Assembly (NCBI GenBank): GCA_039024555.1
Contig: JBCCQQ010000047.1
Span: 1-51,021 of the forward strand
DNA: 51,021 nt
Reading direction: 5' to 3'
Origin: Cyanobacteria bacterium P01_D01_bin.156
Lineage (GTDB): Bacteria > Cyanobacteriota > Cyanobacteriia > Phormidesmidales > Phormidesmidaceae
The notes under the pieces were generated by a model that saw only the letters and a list, made by a program, of their open reading frames with translations, was not told the DNA's origin and did no database searches. Shown piece by piece: positions 26,234-36,131 of this stretch. The position numbers and the translations under genes were made by a program. The stretch's first letter is position 1, and each line of letters begins with the position of its first letter.

Positions 26234-28225
26234 TTAGGGAGCAATGTCTTTGACTTCTAAACCACTATCAACGGATTCAGATGTCTCGGTAATTGGCTGC
26301 TCAAGGAGTGCTACGTCATCAGCTTCTAAACCGCTATCCAAATTTAGATGCTCCATGGGAGTGTTTACAATCAAGGGCATTCCGTTAGGCTGCTGTAAAT
26401 CACTCCACAACATGTCTGAAACATTCTGAGCATCCCGGTTAAGCGTGGCGGTAATCGACTCAACTTCTGTCAGAATCTGGCGAATACTTTGGGCCGCTGT
26501 GGTCATCGCCTGCGACTTCGCCAATGTTGCCTGTCTTGCTTTCGTCAGATCGTTAGTCTGGTGATGTAGCTTTTCTAGGGAATGCCGCTGGTGATCGTAG
26601 GCCTTCAAGCTGGCCACATCGGCGATCAGTTGGTTGATCAAAGCCTGGGAATTCGCTTTGTCTGGTTGTTGAGCTGTATTCAGGGTGCCAGTTAGAGCTA
26701 ACAGGCGCTGCTCAAGCGCATCAAAAAGTTGGGCGGATTCGTCTTCCGAAGGCAGGCTATCTAAAAATCCTCCTAAGGTTTGAGCCAGCATAAACAGGGA
26801 ATCTAGACGATGATCCACTGAGCGATACTCATTGGCTTGGTTTTTTAGCTGTTGCTGTACCTGCTGAATCAATGTCTGCTGTTCTTTGACCTCTTCATCC
26901 ACTTGGGTAGTGAAGGCCAAAAACTTTTCAGTCACCTGATCGGCATGGCGATTTGCCTGGACGATATCTTCTTGCTGCTGACGAATGGTTTCCTGGTGTA
27001 GATTGACCTGGTTGAGAATATTGAAAAAGGACAGGGACAGCTGTTCTAGCTCGTCTTGATCAGCTGAAGCTGGCAGGAGACGGTTGTTATTACCTTTGCT
27101 CGCAAATTCATTGCCCTGTAAAAGGATGGGCTTAATCCGCTGATTTAGTTTGCTGATGGCAAAGAACACCACACCGCCCAGTAGCAAACCCATCACTCCG
27201 GTGGTAATGGCAACGATTCTGACAATACGGCCATAGATTGCTTTATAGGGGACAAACCCAAACAAGCGCCAATCTTGCCCGGGTACGGTGGCGTAGGCCC
27301 AGTAGCCACTATCTCCTCGAACAAATCCAGTCGGCGCACCGTTCGTATCTAGCCAGACCGCAGCTAGCCCTGGAATACTTTCATAGGTTTGAGTTTCTAA
27401 ATCCTCGCTCGCAGGGCTAGCAATGACTTCTCCCGACTCAGTCACCAGCACAAAATTGCCTGCCTGCTGAAATACAGCATCATTCAATAGGGTACTGAGA
27501 TAAGCCGTGTCAATATTGACTAGGGTTGTCCCCAACCAGGAACCTGATTCGCCAAACAACGGATAATAGTAGGTCAACACTCGATCCTGTTTATCAGTGT
27601 AAGGACCTGTCCAAACATTCCGTTGGGGTAGAAAATACTGTTGATAACGCTGGGTCTCAGGATAAAACTCGCCAACCTGATCGGCAAAATCTTCATAGCG
27701 GATTGAGTTTGAATCCGATTTGCCAGCGACAGAATAATACGGGAATAGCCAGGACTGATCTTCCAACAGGCCATTTTCGCTTTGGCCAAGTCCTAACCCT
27801 AGGATGAAGTCCGGGCGCCCCTCAAACAGCTGTAAAACCAGTTCACGATAGGTGTCTGGGAACTGGGCTCCCCGCTCATGGAGGGTGGTGGCGCTCACTC
27901 CTAAACTGTAGGCTAGGGTTTCTGCAGACTCTGTGACCGATGCGATCGCATTGATTTTACTGTCAATGCTGCTGCGCACCTGTTCCTCGGCCTGACGCTT
28001 TAACATTTCACTAAAGAGAAATGCCATGCCCCCCATACCAGCTAGGGCACCCAGCATAATCATCCAAAACAATCGTCCGCCAAAAGAATTTAAACGTAGC
28101 CAGGATTTGATCGTACCGACCGGACCACGTTTGGAATAGAAATTCGCTTCCATAGGAAATACGTCTCGGGAGTCTACCTTAAGTGACATTGACTGCTGAG
28201 CAGTCGGCAAGTTCAAGGAGGACAT
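26234..28225 (-). CDS. Membrane sensor: TM-dCache-TM-HAMP-like-coiled coil (paralog 1)
   Basis: Two TM helices flank a dCache-like region ('WLFPYY', 'WTGPY'); HAMP-like 'DELEQLSLSFFN'; Q-rich helical tail. Confidence 0.75.
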   Translation of the reverse strand: MSSLNLPTAQQSMSLKVDSRDVFPMEANFYSKRGPVGTIKSWLRLNSFGGRLFWMIMLGALAGMGGMAFLFSEMLKRQAEEQVRSSIDSKINAIASVTESAETLAYSLGVSATTLHERGAQFPDTYRELVLQLFEGRPDFILGLGLGQSENGLLEDQSWLFPYYSVAGKSDSNSIRYEDFADQVGEFYPETQRYQQYFLPQRNVWTGPYTDKQDRVLTYYYPLFGESGSWLGTTLVNIDTAYLSTLLNDAVFQQAGNFVLVTESGEVIASPASEDLETQTYESIPGLAAVWLDTNGAPTGFVRGDSGYWAYATVPGQDWRLFGFVPYKAIYGRIVRIVAITTGVMGLLLGGVVFFAISKLNQRIKPILLQGNEFASKGNNNRLLPASADQDELEQLSLSFFNILNQVNLHQETIRQQQEDIVQANRHADQVTEKFLAFTTQVDEEVKEQQTLIQQVQQQLKNQANEYRSVDHRLDSLFMLAQTLGGFLDSLPSEDESAQLFDALEQRLLALTGTLNTAQQPDKANSQALINQLIADVASLKAYDHQRHSLEKLHHQTNDLTKARQATLAKSQAMTTAAQSIRQILTEVESITATLNRDAQNVSDMLWSDLQQPNGMPLIVNTPMEHLNLDSGLEADDVALLEQPITETSESVDSGLEVKDIAP

Positions 28226-28526
28226 AATATAAAAATTATAGAGATATCTAAATAAGGTCCGAAAGCCTTCCAGACAGTGGCGATCATTCCCTCTGACTAT
28301 AACTTTATGTAAATTACTTAGATTTTACCGCTTTAGATAACAACTTCACTGTATAAACACGCAAATTGCCAGCCAACTTTATACAGAGGGGGCTTGATGT
28401 GTACGTTTGGGGACTGAGCAGTGCATCAGGTTAAGGTTTAAAAAGAAAATATAAAGCCACATCTAGGAGAACAACAAATTAATTGGCAAAGCACCTTGGA
28501 ATCAATCGTCATCTATCGGTATTAAA

Positions 28527-30419
28527 TTATTTTTTGACTGTTGTTAATTCATCTAAACTTACGGGGCGTTCTCTTTGAGCGAGATCCACATTAATCATGT
28601 CCGATACAACCTTAACTTGCCTATTTAGGGAATTAGAAAGCACTCTGATTTTTAATAGGCTATCGGCTACGGATTGCACCAACGCAGCTATGCCCTGTGA
28701 ATGTTCATGGGCCGCTTTGCCAGCTTGAGTAATAGTGCTGGTTTGGTATTGCAGCTTCTTCAATGAGGGCTGTTGCTCATCATAATCCCTCAGATTGTGA
28801 ATGTCCTTAGTTAATTGAGCAATGAGGATATAAATCTGAGTTCTATTGGGTTCAGCCATAGTTTCTACGGCTGTTTCCACACTCGCTAGTCGCTGTTCCA
28901 TCGCTGCAAATAGCTTTCTAAAGTTGAGGCTGGGCAGCCGCTGTAAATCGTCATCCAGAGCTCGTCCCATCATATTTAATGCATCTAGCTGAATATCCAC
29001 GGACTGCATGTCTTTATTAGATATCTGCTGTTGCATCTGTTGGATTAGAATTTGCTGATCATTGGCCTCCTCTCCCATCCGGGCTGTAAACTCCAAAAAC
29101 TGTTCCAGCATATGTTGAGTGCGGCGACTTTCTTGATTAAGTGCCTGCTGGTATCGATGAATGGTGCTTTCATGTCCATTCATTTGATCTAAAAGCTTAA
29201 AGAACGCTAGGGATAGCTGATCTAATTCATCGTGCTGATTCCAGTCAATCCAAAGCTCCGCGTTTGCTTGGGGGAGTTGGTCGGACTGTAGCAAAATAGG
29301 CTTCAAACGACGATCCAGCTTACGCACCGCTAAGAACAGCACCAGGGTCACCAGCCCCATCAATAGGATGGTCACAATAGCGGTGACTCGGACAATTCGA
29401 CCAAAGACGGCCGTGTAAGGGACATAGCCCAGCAGCACCCAGTCTTGACCAGGAATGGGGGCATAGGCCCAATACCCCGTTTTTCCACGCAAAAAACCTG
29501 TACTGCGTGATTTGACCCGTGAGTTAATCTGGGGCCAGAGAAACTCTAACTCAGAAATATCCTCATAGGTGCGTAATTGCTCCCCTAGGTCAGCTGACTT
29601 GGTGGCCGAGTCGGCGATAATTGCCCCTGACTGGGTAACTAATATAAAGTGCCCAGTCTGCTGAAAAACGGGATCATCTAAAAACTGCCTGAGATATTGA
29701 CTATCAATATCGACCAAAATCGTTCCTAGCCAATTTCCCCCACTGCCAAACAGGGGTAAGTAGTAAGTCAGTAGATGCCCATTATCTCCCTGATACGGCT
29801 CTGTCCATGAACTTGTTTGGGGTAAAAAATAATCCTGATAGCGTTGGCTGTCAGGATAAAACTCTCCCACATCATCCGCTAGGTCTTCGTAGACAATCGT
29901 GTTCTGATTAAACGAGGTATCTTCCTGGGCTGTGATGACTGAATAGTACGGGAACATCCAAGGCTGGTCGACAACAATTCCATTTTCGCTTTGTCCTAAG
30001 CCTAAACCGACGACAAATTCTGGGCGTCGTTCAAATAGCTGCAGCACAATTTCTCGGTAGGTATCGGCAAATTGTGCCTGGCGCTCGTGCAGGGTGGTTA
30101 CACTTACGCCGAGACCATAGGCGAGGGTTTCGGCGGTATCAGTCACAGATGCGATCGCATTAACTTTCCCATCAAGGCTGCTGCGTACCTGTTCCTCGGC
30201 CTGCTCCTTTAACATTTCACTAAAGAAAAAAGCCATGCTTCCCAGCCCGGCTAGAGTCCCGAAGGTAATGCTCCAAAACAATCGACCACCGAATGAGTTC
30301 AGTAGCCACCAGCGTCGTCGTCGTCGGATTATCCGTGTCTGAGGCCCATTGGAAGTTGTTGCGGATAAGGGGTGGTTAGGAGACGACGGCAACGCAGCAG
30401 ATACCTTAGAAGAATTCAT
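28527..30419 (-). CDS. Membrane sensor: TM-dCache-TM-HAMP-like-coiled coil (paralog 2)
   Basis: Shares 'LNSFGGRLFW', 'AETLAY', 'TTLHER', 'WMFPYY', 'WTEPY' and 'DELDQLSLAFF' with its neighbours. Confidence 0.75.
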   Translation of the reverse strand: MNSSKVSAALPSSPNHPLSATTSNGPQTRIIRRRRRWWLLNSFGGRLFWSITFGTLAGLGSMAFFFSEMLKEQAEEQVRSSLDGKVNAIASVTDTAETLAYGLGVSVTTLHERQAQFADTYREIVLQLFERRPEFVVGLGLGQSENGIVVDQPWMFPYYSVITAQEDTSFNQNTIVYEDLADDVGEFYPDSQRYQDYFLPQTSSWTEPYQGDNGHLLTYYLPLFGSGGNWLGTILVDIDSQYLRQFLDDPVFQQTGHFILVTQSGAIIADSATKSADLGEQLRTYEDISELEFLWPQINSRVKSRSTGFLRGKTGYWAYAPIPGQDWVLLGYVPYTAVFGRIVRVTAIVTILLMGLVTLVLFLAVRKLDRRLKPILLQSDQLPQANAELWIDWNQHDELDQLSLAFFKLLDQMNGHESTIHRYQQALNQESRRTQHMLEQFLEFTARMGEEANDQQILIQQMQQQISNKDMQSVDIQLDALNMMGRALDDDLQRLPSLNFRKLFAAMEQRLASVETAVETMAEPNRTQIYILIAQLTKDIHNLRDYDEQQPSLKKLQYQTSTITQAGKAAHEHSQGIAALVQSVADSLLKIRVLSNSLNRQVKVVSDMINVDLAQRERPVSLDELTTVKK

Positions 30420-30688
30420 ATACAGCCTTAAACAGGTGAGCCAGGGCTGGGTTATATCCGTAATACTGTCTACGGGATTCTACAGACACTGGCTTCTACA
30501 GATATTACATACTGCTACGGAATCTTAAGGAATCCGGTCAGAATCAGGGCATCTATACCAATTTCATCGTGGATATATCTGAACTTTAATCAGGTTGAGT
30601 TGCTTAGAGCTCTCTCAATTAGAGGGTTCTAGCTATCACTCATGGCTTTGTGTACAAATCTTTGTGCATGCCCAGGAGATCTGCCAAT

Positions 30689-32488
30689 CTAGTCCAATAC
30701 TGACTTTGCCCGCTGAGAGAGAAGTGTTGTGATGGTTTCAGCTTTGGTTAGCATTTCGGCCATGGCGTGGGATATATCCACCATAGACCGCGTTTCTTCT
30801 GCGGCCGCTTCCCCAGCGCGAGTGATGTTCCCTGCCTGCGTTTGCAAATTGTTGATAGCAGCCCACTTGCGTTCATGGACCTTGAGCAGAGCTACATTTT
30901 TGGATAGTAAGTCGACGAGGGGTTGAATTTCTGTCACAGCTGGGTGAGCGGGTTCAGCTTCTATGGCTGTGGCTAACTGGGTAAGCTGTTGTTCTAAAAC
31001 AGTTAAGGTTTCTGCGCCGTGCATTGGTAATCGTCTAACATCTCCATCTAGGGCTCGCCCCATGGTTTTGACAGCATCCAGCTGAATATCTGCTGATTGA
31101 GAGCGGCTAGTTAGCTGACCTGATACTTCCTGCAGGTGACGTATCAACGTTCGTAGCTCTTCTCCTTGCTGACTAAAAAATGTAGCAAATTCCTGAAATA
31201 TATCGGACACCCGATCCGCATGGAGAGTCTCCTTTTGAATTTTTTGTTCGTGGCGTCGGATAGTTTCCTCATTCAAATTGAGCTTTTCTAGCATATTAAA
31301 GAAAGCCAGGGAGAGCTGACTTAGTTCATCCTGGGTATTCCATAGGGCCAGTAGGTTTTCATCGGTTTGGGCTAACTGATTGCACTGGTTAAGGACTGGT
31401 CTAAGGCGACGACTAAGACCACGAATAGCCAAGAACGTTCCCACAGACAGCAGGCTGATCATTACTACTGTTGCGGCTAGGGTAATGAGCGCAATGCGAT
31501 TAAAAACAGCTCCGTAGGGGACAAATCCAAACACTAGCCAGTCTTGTCCTGGCACACTGGCATAGGCCCAATAGCCCTGTTCGCCTTCGAAAAATCCTTT
31601 TTCTCCATCGGAAACACTGTCCCACAGATTTTTCAGGTCGGGAATGTCCTGATAAGTTAGGGGCACTGCGTCCGCATTACCTGGATCTGCAATTACATTG
31701 CCTGAACGTGTGAGTAGGATAAAACGCCCCCGCTGTCGAAAGACAGGCACATTCAATAAGTCACTCAAGTGGTTGATATCCACATCGACCAATGTTGTTC
31801 CTAACCAACGGTCATCGCTAGCGAATAGAGGGAAATAGTAGGTGAGTAAACGATTGCCTTTAGCCTCATAGGGCTCGGTCCAAATTTCTTTTTGGGGTAG
31901 AAAGTAATCGCGATAGCGATCGCTATCCGGATAAAATTCGCCGTTATCATCGGCAAAGTCTTCATACTGAATCGATGATTGTCCTACAGGCAACTCAGCC
32001 TGAGAAGAATCCACCCAGTAGTAGGGAAACAGCCAGGATTGATCAACGATTAGTCCATTTTCGTCTTGCCCTATACCCAGACCTATGATGAAGTCAGATC
32101 GTTTTTCAAAGAGCTGTAGGGTTAACTCTCGATAGGTATCCGGAAATTGGGCTTGCCGCTCGTGCAGGGTGGTGGCGCTGATCCCCAAACCATAAGCTAA
32201 GGTTTCTGCCGCTTCAGTGACCGATGCGATCGCATTCACCTGACCGTCCAGGGTACTTTGCACCTGCTCCTCAGCCTGGTATTTAATCATCTCACTAAAG
32301 AGAAATGCCATCCCGCCGATACCCGTGAGAGCACCAACCATGATCATCCAGAACAAACGACCGCCAAATGAATTTAGCTGTAGCCATGCTGATAGGGTGT
32401 GTCGCCAATTCTTGTTTTGTTGAAAGTTTGGGGTCAGAGCCATGGGGGCAGCATCGGCGGCGGTATGATCCGATATTTGAGAGCGCAT
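30689..32488 (-). CDS. Membrane sensor: TM-dCache-TM-HAMP-like-coiled coil (paralog 3)
   Basis: Same motifs as paralogs 1 and 2; 'DELSQLSLAFFNML'. Confidence 0.75.
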   Translation of the reverse strand: MRSQISDHTAADAAPMALTPNFQQNKNWRHTLSAWLQLNSFGGRLFWMIMVGALTGIGGMAFLFSEMIKYQAEEQVQSTLDGQVNAIASVTEAAETLAYGLGISATTLHERQAQFPDTYRELTLQLFEKRSDFIIGLGIGQDENGLIVDQSWLFPYYWVDSSQAELPVGQSSIQYEDFADDNGEFYPDSDRYRDYFLPQKEIWTEPYEAKGNRLLTYYFPLFASDDRWLGTTLVDVDINHLSDLLNVPVFRQRGRFILLTRSGNVIADPGNADAVPLTYQDIPDLKNLWDSVSDGEKGFFEGEQGYWAYASVPGQDWLVFGFVPYGAVFNRIALITLAATVVMISLLSVGTFLAIRGLSRRLRPVLNQCNQLAQTDENLLALWNTQDELSQLSLAFFNMLEKLNLNEETIRRHEQKIQKETLHADRVSDIFQEFATFFSQQGEELRTLIRHLQEVSGQLTSRSQSADIQLDAVKTMGRALDGDVRRLPMHGAETLTVLEQQLTQLATAIEAEPAHPAVTEIQPLVDLLSKNVALLKVHERKWAAINNLQTQAGNITRAGEAAAEETRSMVDISHAMAEMLTKAETITTLLSQRAKSVLD

Positions 32489-32847
32489 AGGAATAAATTT
32501 AGAAGCAACAGATAAAGATGAACGTGTAAAACTGGGATCGCTATTGATTCAGTATGGTTTCTTGAACTATTTTTCCGAATGGAATTGAGCCCGCAATATT
32601 AACTATCTACGTAGAATTCTGATTGAGACCTGTTAATTGCAACTTAGGTTTACGTTGAGTCTCCTTTTACCGTCACTTCACGGTGTTTATCATTAATGTT
32701 CAAACCGTTGATAACAAAACCCGTAAACCTTTAAAAATAGCGTCCTTACTATAGAGCACGTCATGCAAAGAGATTGAAATTTCTCTTTTTATGACTAAAC
32801 TGGCAGGATGCTTAATCCCAGAACGTAGCCTATTTACTGGCACTATT

Positions 32848-32866
32848 ATTGAGAATAATTCGCATG
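32848..32866. promoter_or_regulatory. Fur-family box candidate
   Basis: ATTGAGAATAATTCGCATG matches 12 of 14 defined positions of AnTGAnAATnATTnTCAnT; lies in a divergent promoter region. Confidence 0.45.
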
Positions 32867-33069
32867 CCGAGTATCGTGCTGTAGCAATTTCATCGTATCA
32901 ACACTCAAACTTCAAACTACTCGCAACAAAGCCTGTAAACCTTTAAAGACTTATTCTGAATATAGATTGAATGATGCAAAAGGGATTGTGTTTTTCTATG
33001 GAACATTTTGTTTTTATAGATTGTCGCTGGGGGTATAACCCTTAATTCAGAAAACAGTTTGACTGTTCA

Positions 33070-33801
33070 ATGAAGCCCAAAATTCCTTATCAACCGTTTC
33101 TTCTTCGCTTTCTGCATGGGCTTACAGGCTGTTTTCTCCTGTTGGCTATGGCTAGTGCGTTTTGGACCTACAACACCTACGATGGCCGTTGGGGAAAGTT
33201 ACCACTGCCGAGATTTGAGCAGATTGAAGGCATCCATGGCACCTTTGGTCTATATACATTGTTGATTTTTCCAGCATTGGTTCTCTATGCATTTGGTCGT
33301 GGCCATCAGCGTCTAGGGCAGCCTAAATCGCTACTGCAGCTCACTCACCAAGTTGGCACACCGAAGTGGTGGTATACCCTCAGTCGTTGCGTCAATACCG
33401 TCTCTCTCCTAGCCCTTACGTTTGCCTTATTTAGTGGCAAAATGATGGATGAAAAATGGCTGCCCCAAGGAGATTTAGAGCAATTTTGGTATTACGCCCA
33501 CCTGGTGTCTTGGCTGGTAATGGCAGTTGCGATCGCGATGCATCTTTTAATGAATGCAAAAGTTGGCGGTACTCCTTTTTTGCTATCCATGCTGCAATGG
33601 CAATATCGACCACAAGATAGCCCCAAGCTCTGGAAAAAACACATGGCTGCCTGGTGGTCCAAGCGTCATCCCATATCTGGGATTGACCTAATCAATGTTG
33701 CAGCTAGGCGCTCTGCCCTAGAAATCCTTATTTGGTTTAGCCTAATTGCGGCTTGGACGATTTCCATCGCTAAGGAACTATCCGATATGTCGCTTGCCTG
33801 A
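33070..33801 (+). CDS. Cytochrome b/b6 domain (Ni-hydrogenase cyt b-like) membrane protein
   Basis: Four spaced His in or near TM helices (LRFLH, GIHG, YAHL, MHLL); 'PYQPFLLR'. Confidence 0.75.
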   Translation: MKPKIPYQPFLLRFLHGLTGCFLLLAMASAFWTYNTYDGRWGKLPLPRFEQIEGIHGTFGLYTLLIFPALVLYAFGRGHQRLGQPKSLLQLTHQVGTPKWWYTLSRCVNTVSLLALTFALFSGKMMDEKWLPQGDLEQFWYYAHLVSWLVMAVAIAMHLLMNAKVGGTPFLLSMLQWQYRPQDSPKLWKKHMAAWWSKRHPISGIDLINVAARRSALEILIWFSLIAAWTISIAKELSDMSLA

Positions 33802-34011
33802 TGGACCTAGGGTTTCCTCCCTGCCATCACTGCCGGATCTTTCCAAGAGCATACGTAAAATGACCGCAAAGGGATATACCCTAGATCTGGCTCTACTGTG
33901 GGGCAGATAAATCCGGCTTGGATTACCTTGCCTGCTCCACTCGGTGTAGAATCCAACGAGCGCTACGGTGTTCTGTTGAAACTCAATAAACGTATTGTTA
34001 GGAGCAAAGCT

Positions 34012-34461
34012 GTGGAACGCACTTTTATTATGATCAAGCCTGACGGTGTTCAGCGCGGTCTTGTCGGCGATATCATTAGCCGATTTGAGACTAAAGGATT
34101 TAGCCTTGTGGGAATGAAATTCATGGCAGTTTCCCGCGAACTTGCTGAAAAGCACTACGGTGTCCATAAAGAGCGCCCCTTCTTTAGCAGTTTAGTCGAG
34201 TTCATCACCTCCAGCCCCGTTGTTGCAATGGTGTGGGAAGGTGAAGGTGTCGTTGCCTCAGCTCGCACCCTGATCGGTGCTACTAACCCTTTGACTGCGG
34301 CTCCCGGCACTATCCGTGGTGACTATGGCGTTACCATCGGTCGCAATATCATTCATGGCTCCGATGCTATTGAAACAGCTCAATCTGAAATTGCCCTGTG
34401 GTTCACAGGTGAGGAACTCGCTAACTGGGAGTCTTGTGCCAAGAGCTGGCTGTACGAGTAA
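34012..34461 (+). CDS. ndk: Nucleoside diphosphate kinase
   Basis: '[16 protein letters not shown]...GTIRGD...NIIHGSD'. GTG 34012 with AGGAG RBS gives 149 aa. Confidence 0.97.
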   Translation: MERTFIMIKPDGVQRGLVGDIISRFETKGFSLVGMKFMAVSRELAEKHYGVHKERPFFSSLVEFITSSPVVAMVWEGEGVVASARTLIGATNPLTAAPGTIRGDYGVTIGRNIIHGSDAIETAQSEIALWFTGEELANWESCAKSWLYE

Positions 34462-34480
34462 CATTTACCCTGTGACAGGG

Positions 34481-34511
34481 CCTGATTTCCCTCAAACTGA
34501 GGGAAGTCGGG
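34481..34511. terminator. Hairpin between convergent ndk and P450 genes
   Basis: CCTGATTTCCCTCA-AAC-TGAGGGAAGTCGGG, 14-bp stem with G-U pairs. Confidence 0.65.
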
Positions 34512-34513
34512 AT

Positions 34514-35851
34514 TTACGATAACGGGTGAAATTTCACCCGCTGAAATTTCACCCGCAGATTATCCCGGGGATGGGGAGTCGGCACAACGACCATCGATAA
34601 ATCCTGATCGGGCAGGAGCTCCCACTGGTAATGGCGCAATAATTCCACTGCAAACAGCTTCATTTCTAAGCGCGCAAACTCTTTACCCAAGCATTCACGG
34701 ATACCACCGCCAAAGGGTACATAGCTATATTTGCTGGTTAGGCCATCGGCGGATGTCTTTTTAGCAAAGCGCTCCGGCTGAAATTCTTTTGGAGTCAAGT
34801 AGTCATCTGGATTTAGATGGGTTTGATTAATCTCATAGAGCACTGTCCATCCTTCAGGAATTTGATAGCCATTTAGTTCACAGGTTTTGAGTACCTTACG
34901 AAAGCCACCACCCACCGGGGGAATTAGACGCAATACTTCCTGCAAGACATGGTCTAAGTAGGGCATCTGCTTCAGAAACTCTAGGGTGAGCGGAGTTTCT
35001 AAACCAATGTCAGCCTGTTCTTTTCTTAACGTAGATAGAACCTGTGGATGTTGAGCAACCAACAAACAAAAAGAGGCTAAGGCCGAGGTAAGGGTCTCAT
35101 GGCCAGCAAACAGTAAGAGCAGCACCTGATCTTTAAGTTCATCAATGCTCAAACCATTGCCATCTTCATCTTTTGCCTGAATTAATAAGCTGAGGGCATC
35201 GTTGCCCAAATCAGAACTCTGTTGTCGTTGACGAATAATCTCTTCTAAGAGAACTAATAGTTGTTTACGAGCTTGTTTGGCTTTGCCAAATCGAGTCCAA
35301 GGTAAGGCTAGGGGTAGGGAAAATAATCCTGCACACCAGGTTTCAAAAAGATTCCCTAGCTCAGTTTCAGCCCCCCTATCTAGACCTACTAACAACTTGC
35401 AAGCCACATCAAAGGTATAGTCCCTGAGCTCTGGATACCAGGTGAGAGTATTCTTGTTTACCCAGCGTTGGGCATAGCGTTGGGTTATGGTCTGTACTGT
35501 TTCAATGTATCCGGATAATGCTCTGGGCATAAAGGCTTGAGCCAGCAATTTGCGTCGATTTTGATGCTCTCCTCCTGTTTGTAGAGCTAAGGAGAGATTG
35601 CCCAATAATGCTTTGGTGCTGGGTGGCCAGCTAACAACAAAATAGTTGTTTTCATTGGTTAAAACAAACTGATTGGCCTCTGCCCCCTTGACGAAAAGGG
35701 TGGGACTGCCTAATAAACGTGTCTTGAATATGGGGCCGTATTTAGCATGCTGTTTTTCGCCATAGTTAGGGTCGCGAAAAAAGTTGAGGGTGTCACCAAT
35801 GAGAGGCAGGCCAAAATCGCCGGGGGGTAAGGGCAGGTTAGACGCAGTCAT
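34514..35851 (-). CDS. Cytochrome P450 (CYP120-like)
   Basis: 'PPGDFGLP', 'AGHET', 'EVLR', 'PERF', heme motif 'FGGGIRECLG'. Confidence 0.93.
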   Translation of the reverse strand: MTASNLPLPPGDFGLPLIGDTLNFFRDPNYGEKQHAKYGPIFKTRLLGSPTLFVKGAEANQFVLTNENNYFVVSWPPSTKALLGNLSLALQTGGEHQNRRKLLAQAFMPRALSGYIETVQTITQRYAQRWVNKNTLTWYPELRDYTFDVACKLLVGLDRGAETELGNLFETWCAGLFSLPLALPWTRFGKAKQARKQLLVLLEEIIRQRQQSSDLGNDALSLLIQAKDEDGNGLSIDELKDQVLLLLFAGHETLTSALASFCLLVAQHPQVLSTLRKEQADIGLETPLTLEFLKQMPYLDHVLQEVLRLIPPVGGGFRKVLKTCELNGYQIPEGWTVLYEINQTHLNPDDYLTPKEFQPERFAKKTSADGLTSKYSYVPFGGGIRECLGKEFARLEMKLFAVELLRHYQWELLPDQDLSMVVVPTPHPRDNLRVKFQRVKFHPLS

Positions 35852-36131
35852 GAAACAGACAACAGGTAGGATAGAAACGCCCTAACTTTACCAAGTAAAT
35901 TTGCACCAGGCCTACTCATTTAGGCACAACACAGCTCTTCAGGTATCGCTTATCTCACGGTATGAAATCATCGGATAAAAAGATCTACTATTGCTTCTCG
36001 CCAGGGCTGACTCATATCAGTGGGCTCTTGCTTAAGAAGTTTTTGAAATAGTGCTTATAGCGATTGTTCCGAAAATAAGCAGTGAAACGCTGCTTAATCG
36101 CGTAATAAAACCCAGATAAACGAATTCCTTG

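Noticed and set aside
33898..34011. 38-aa N-terminal extension of Ndk in the ORF track
   Set aside because: GTG 34012 has a strong RBS and gives the canonical 149-aa length.
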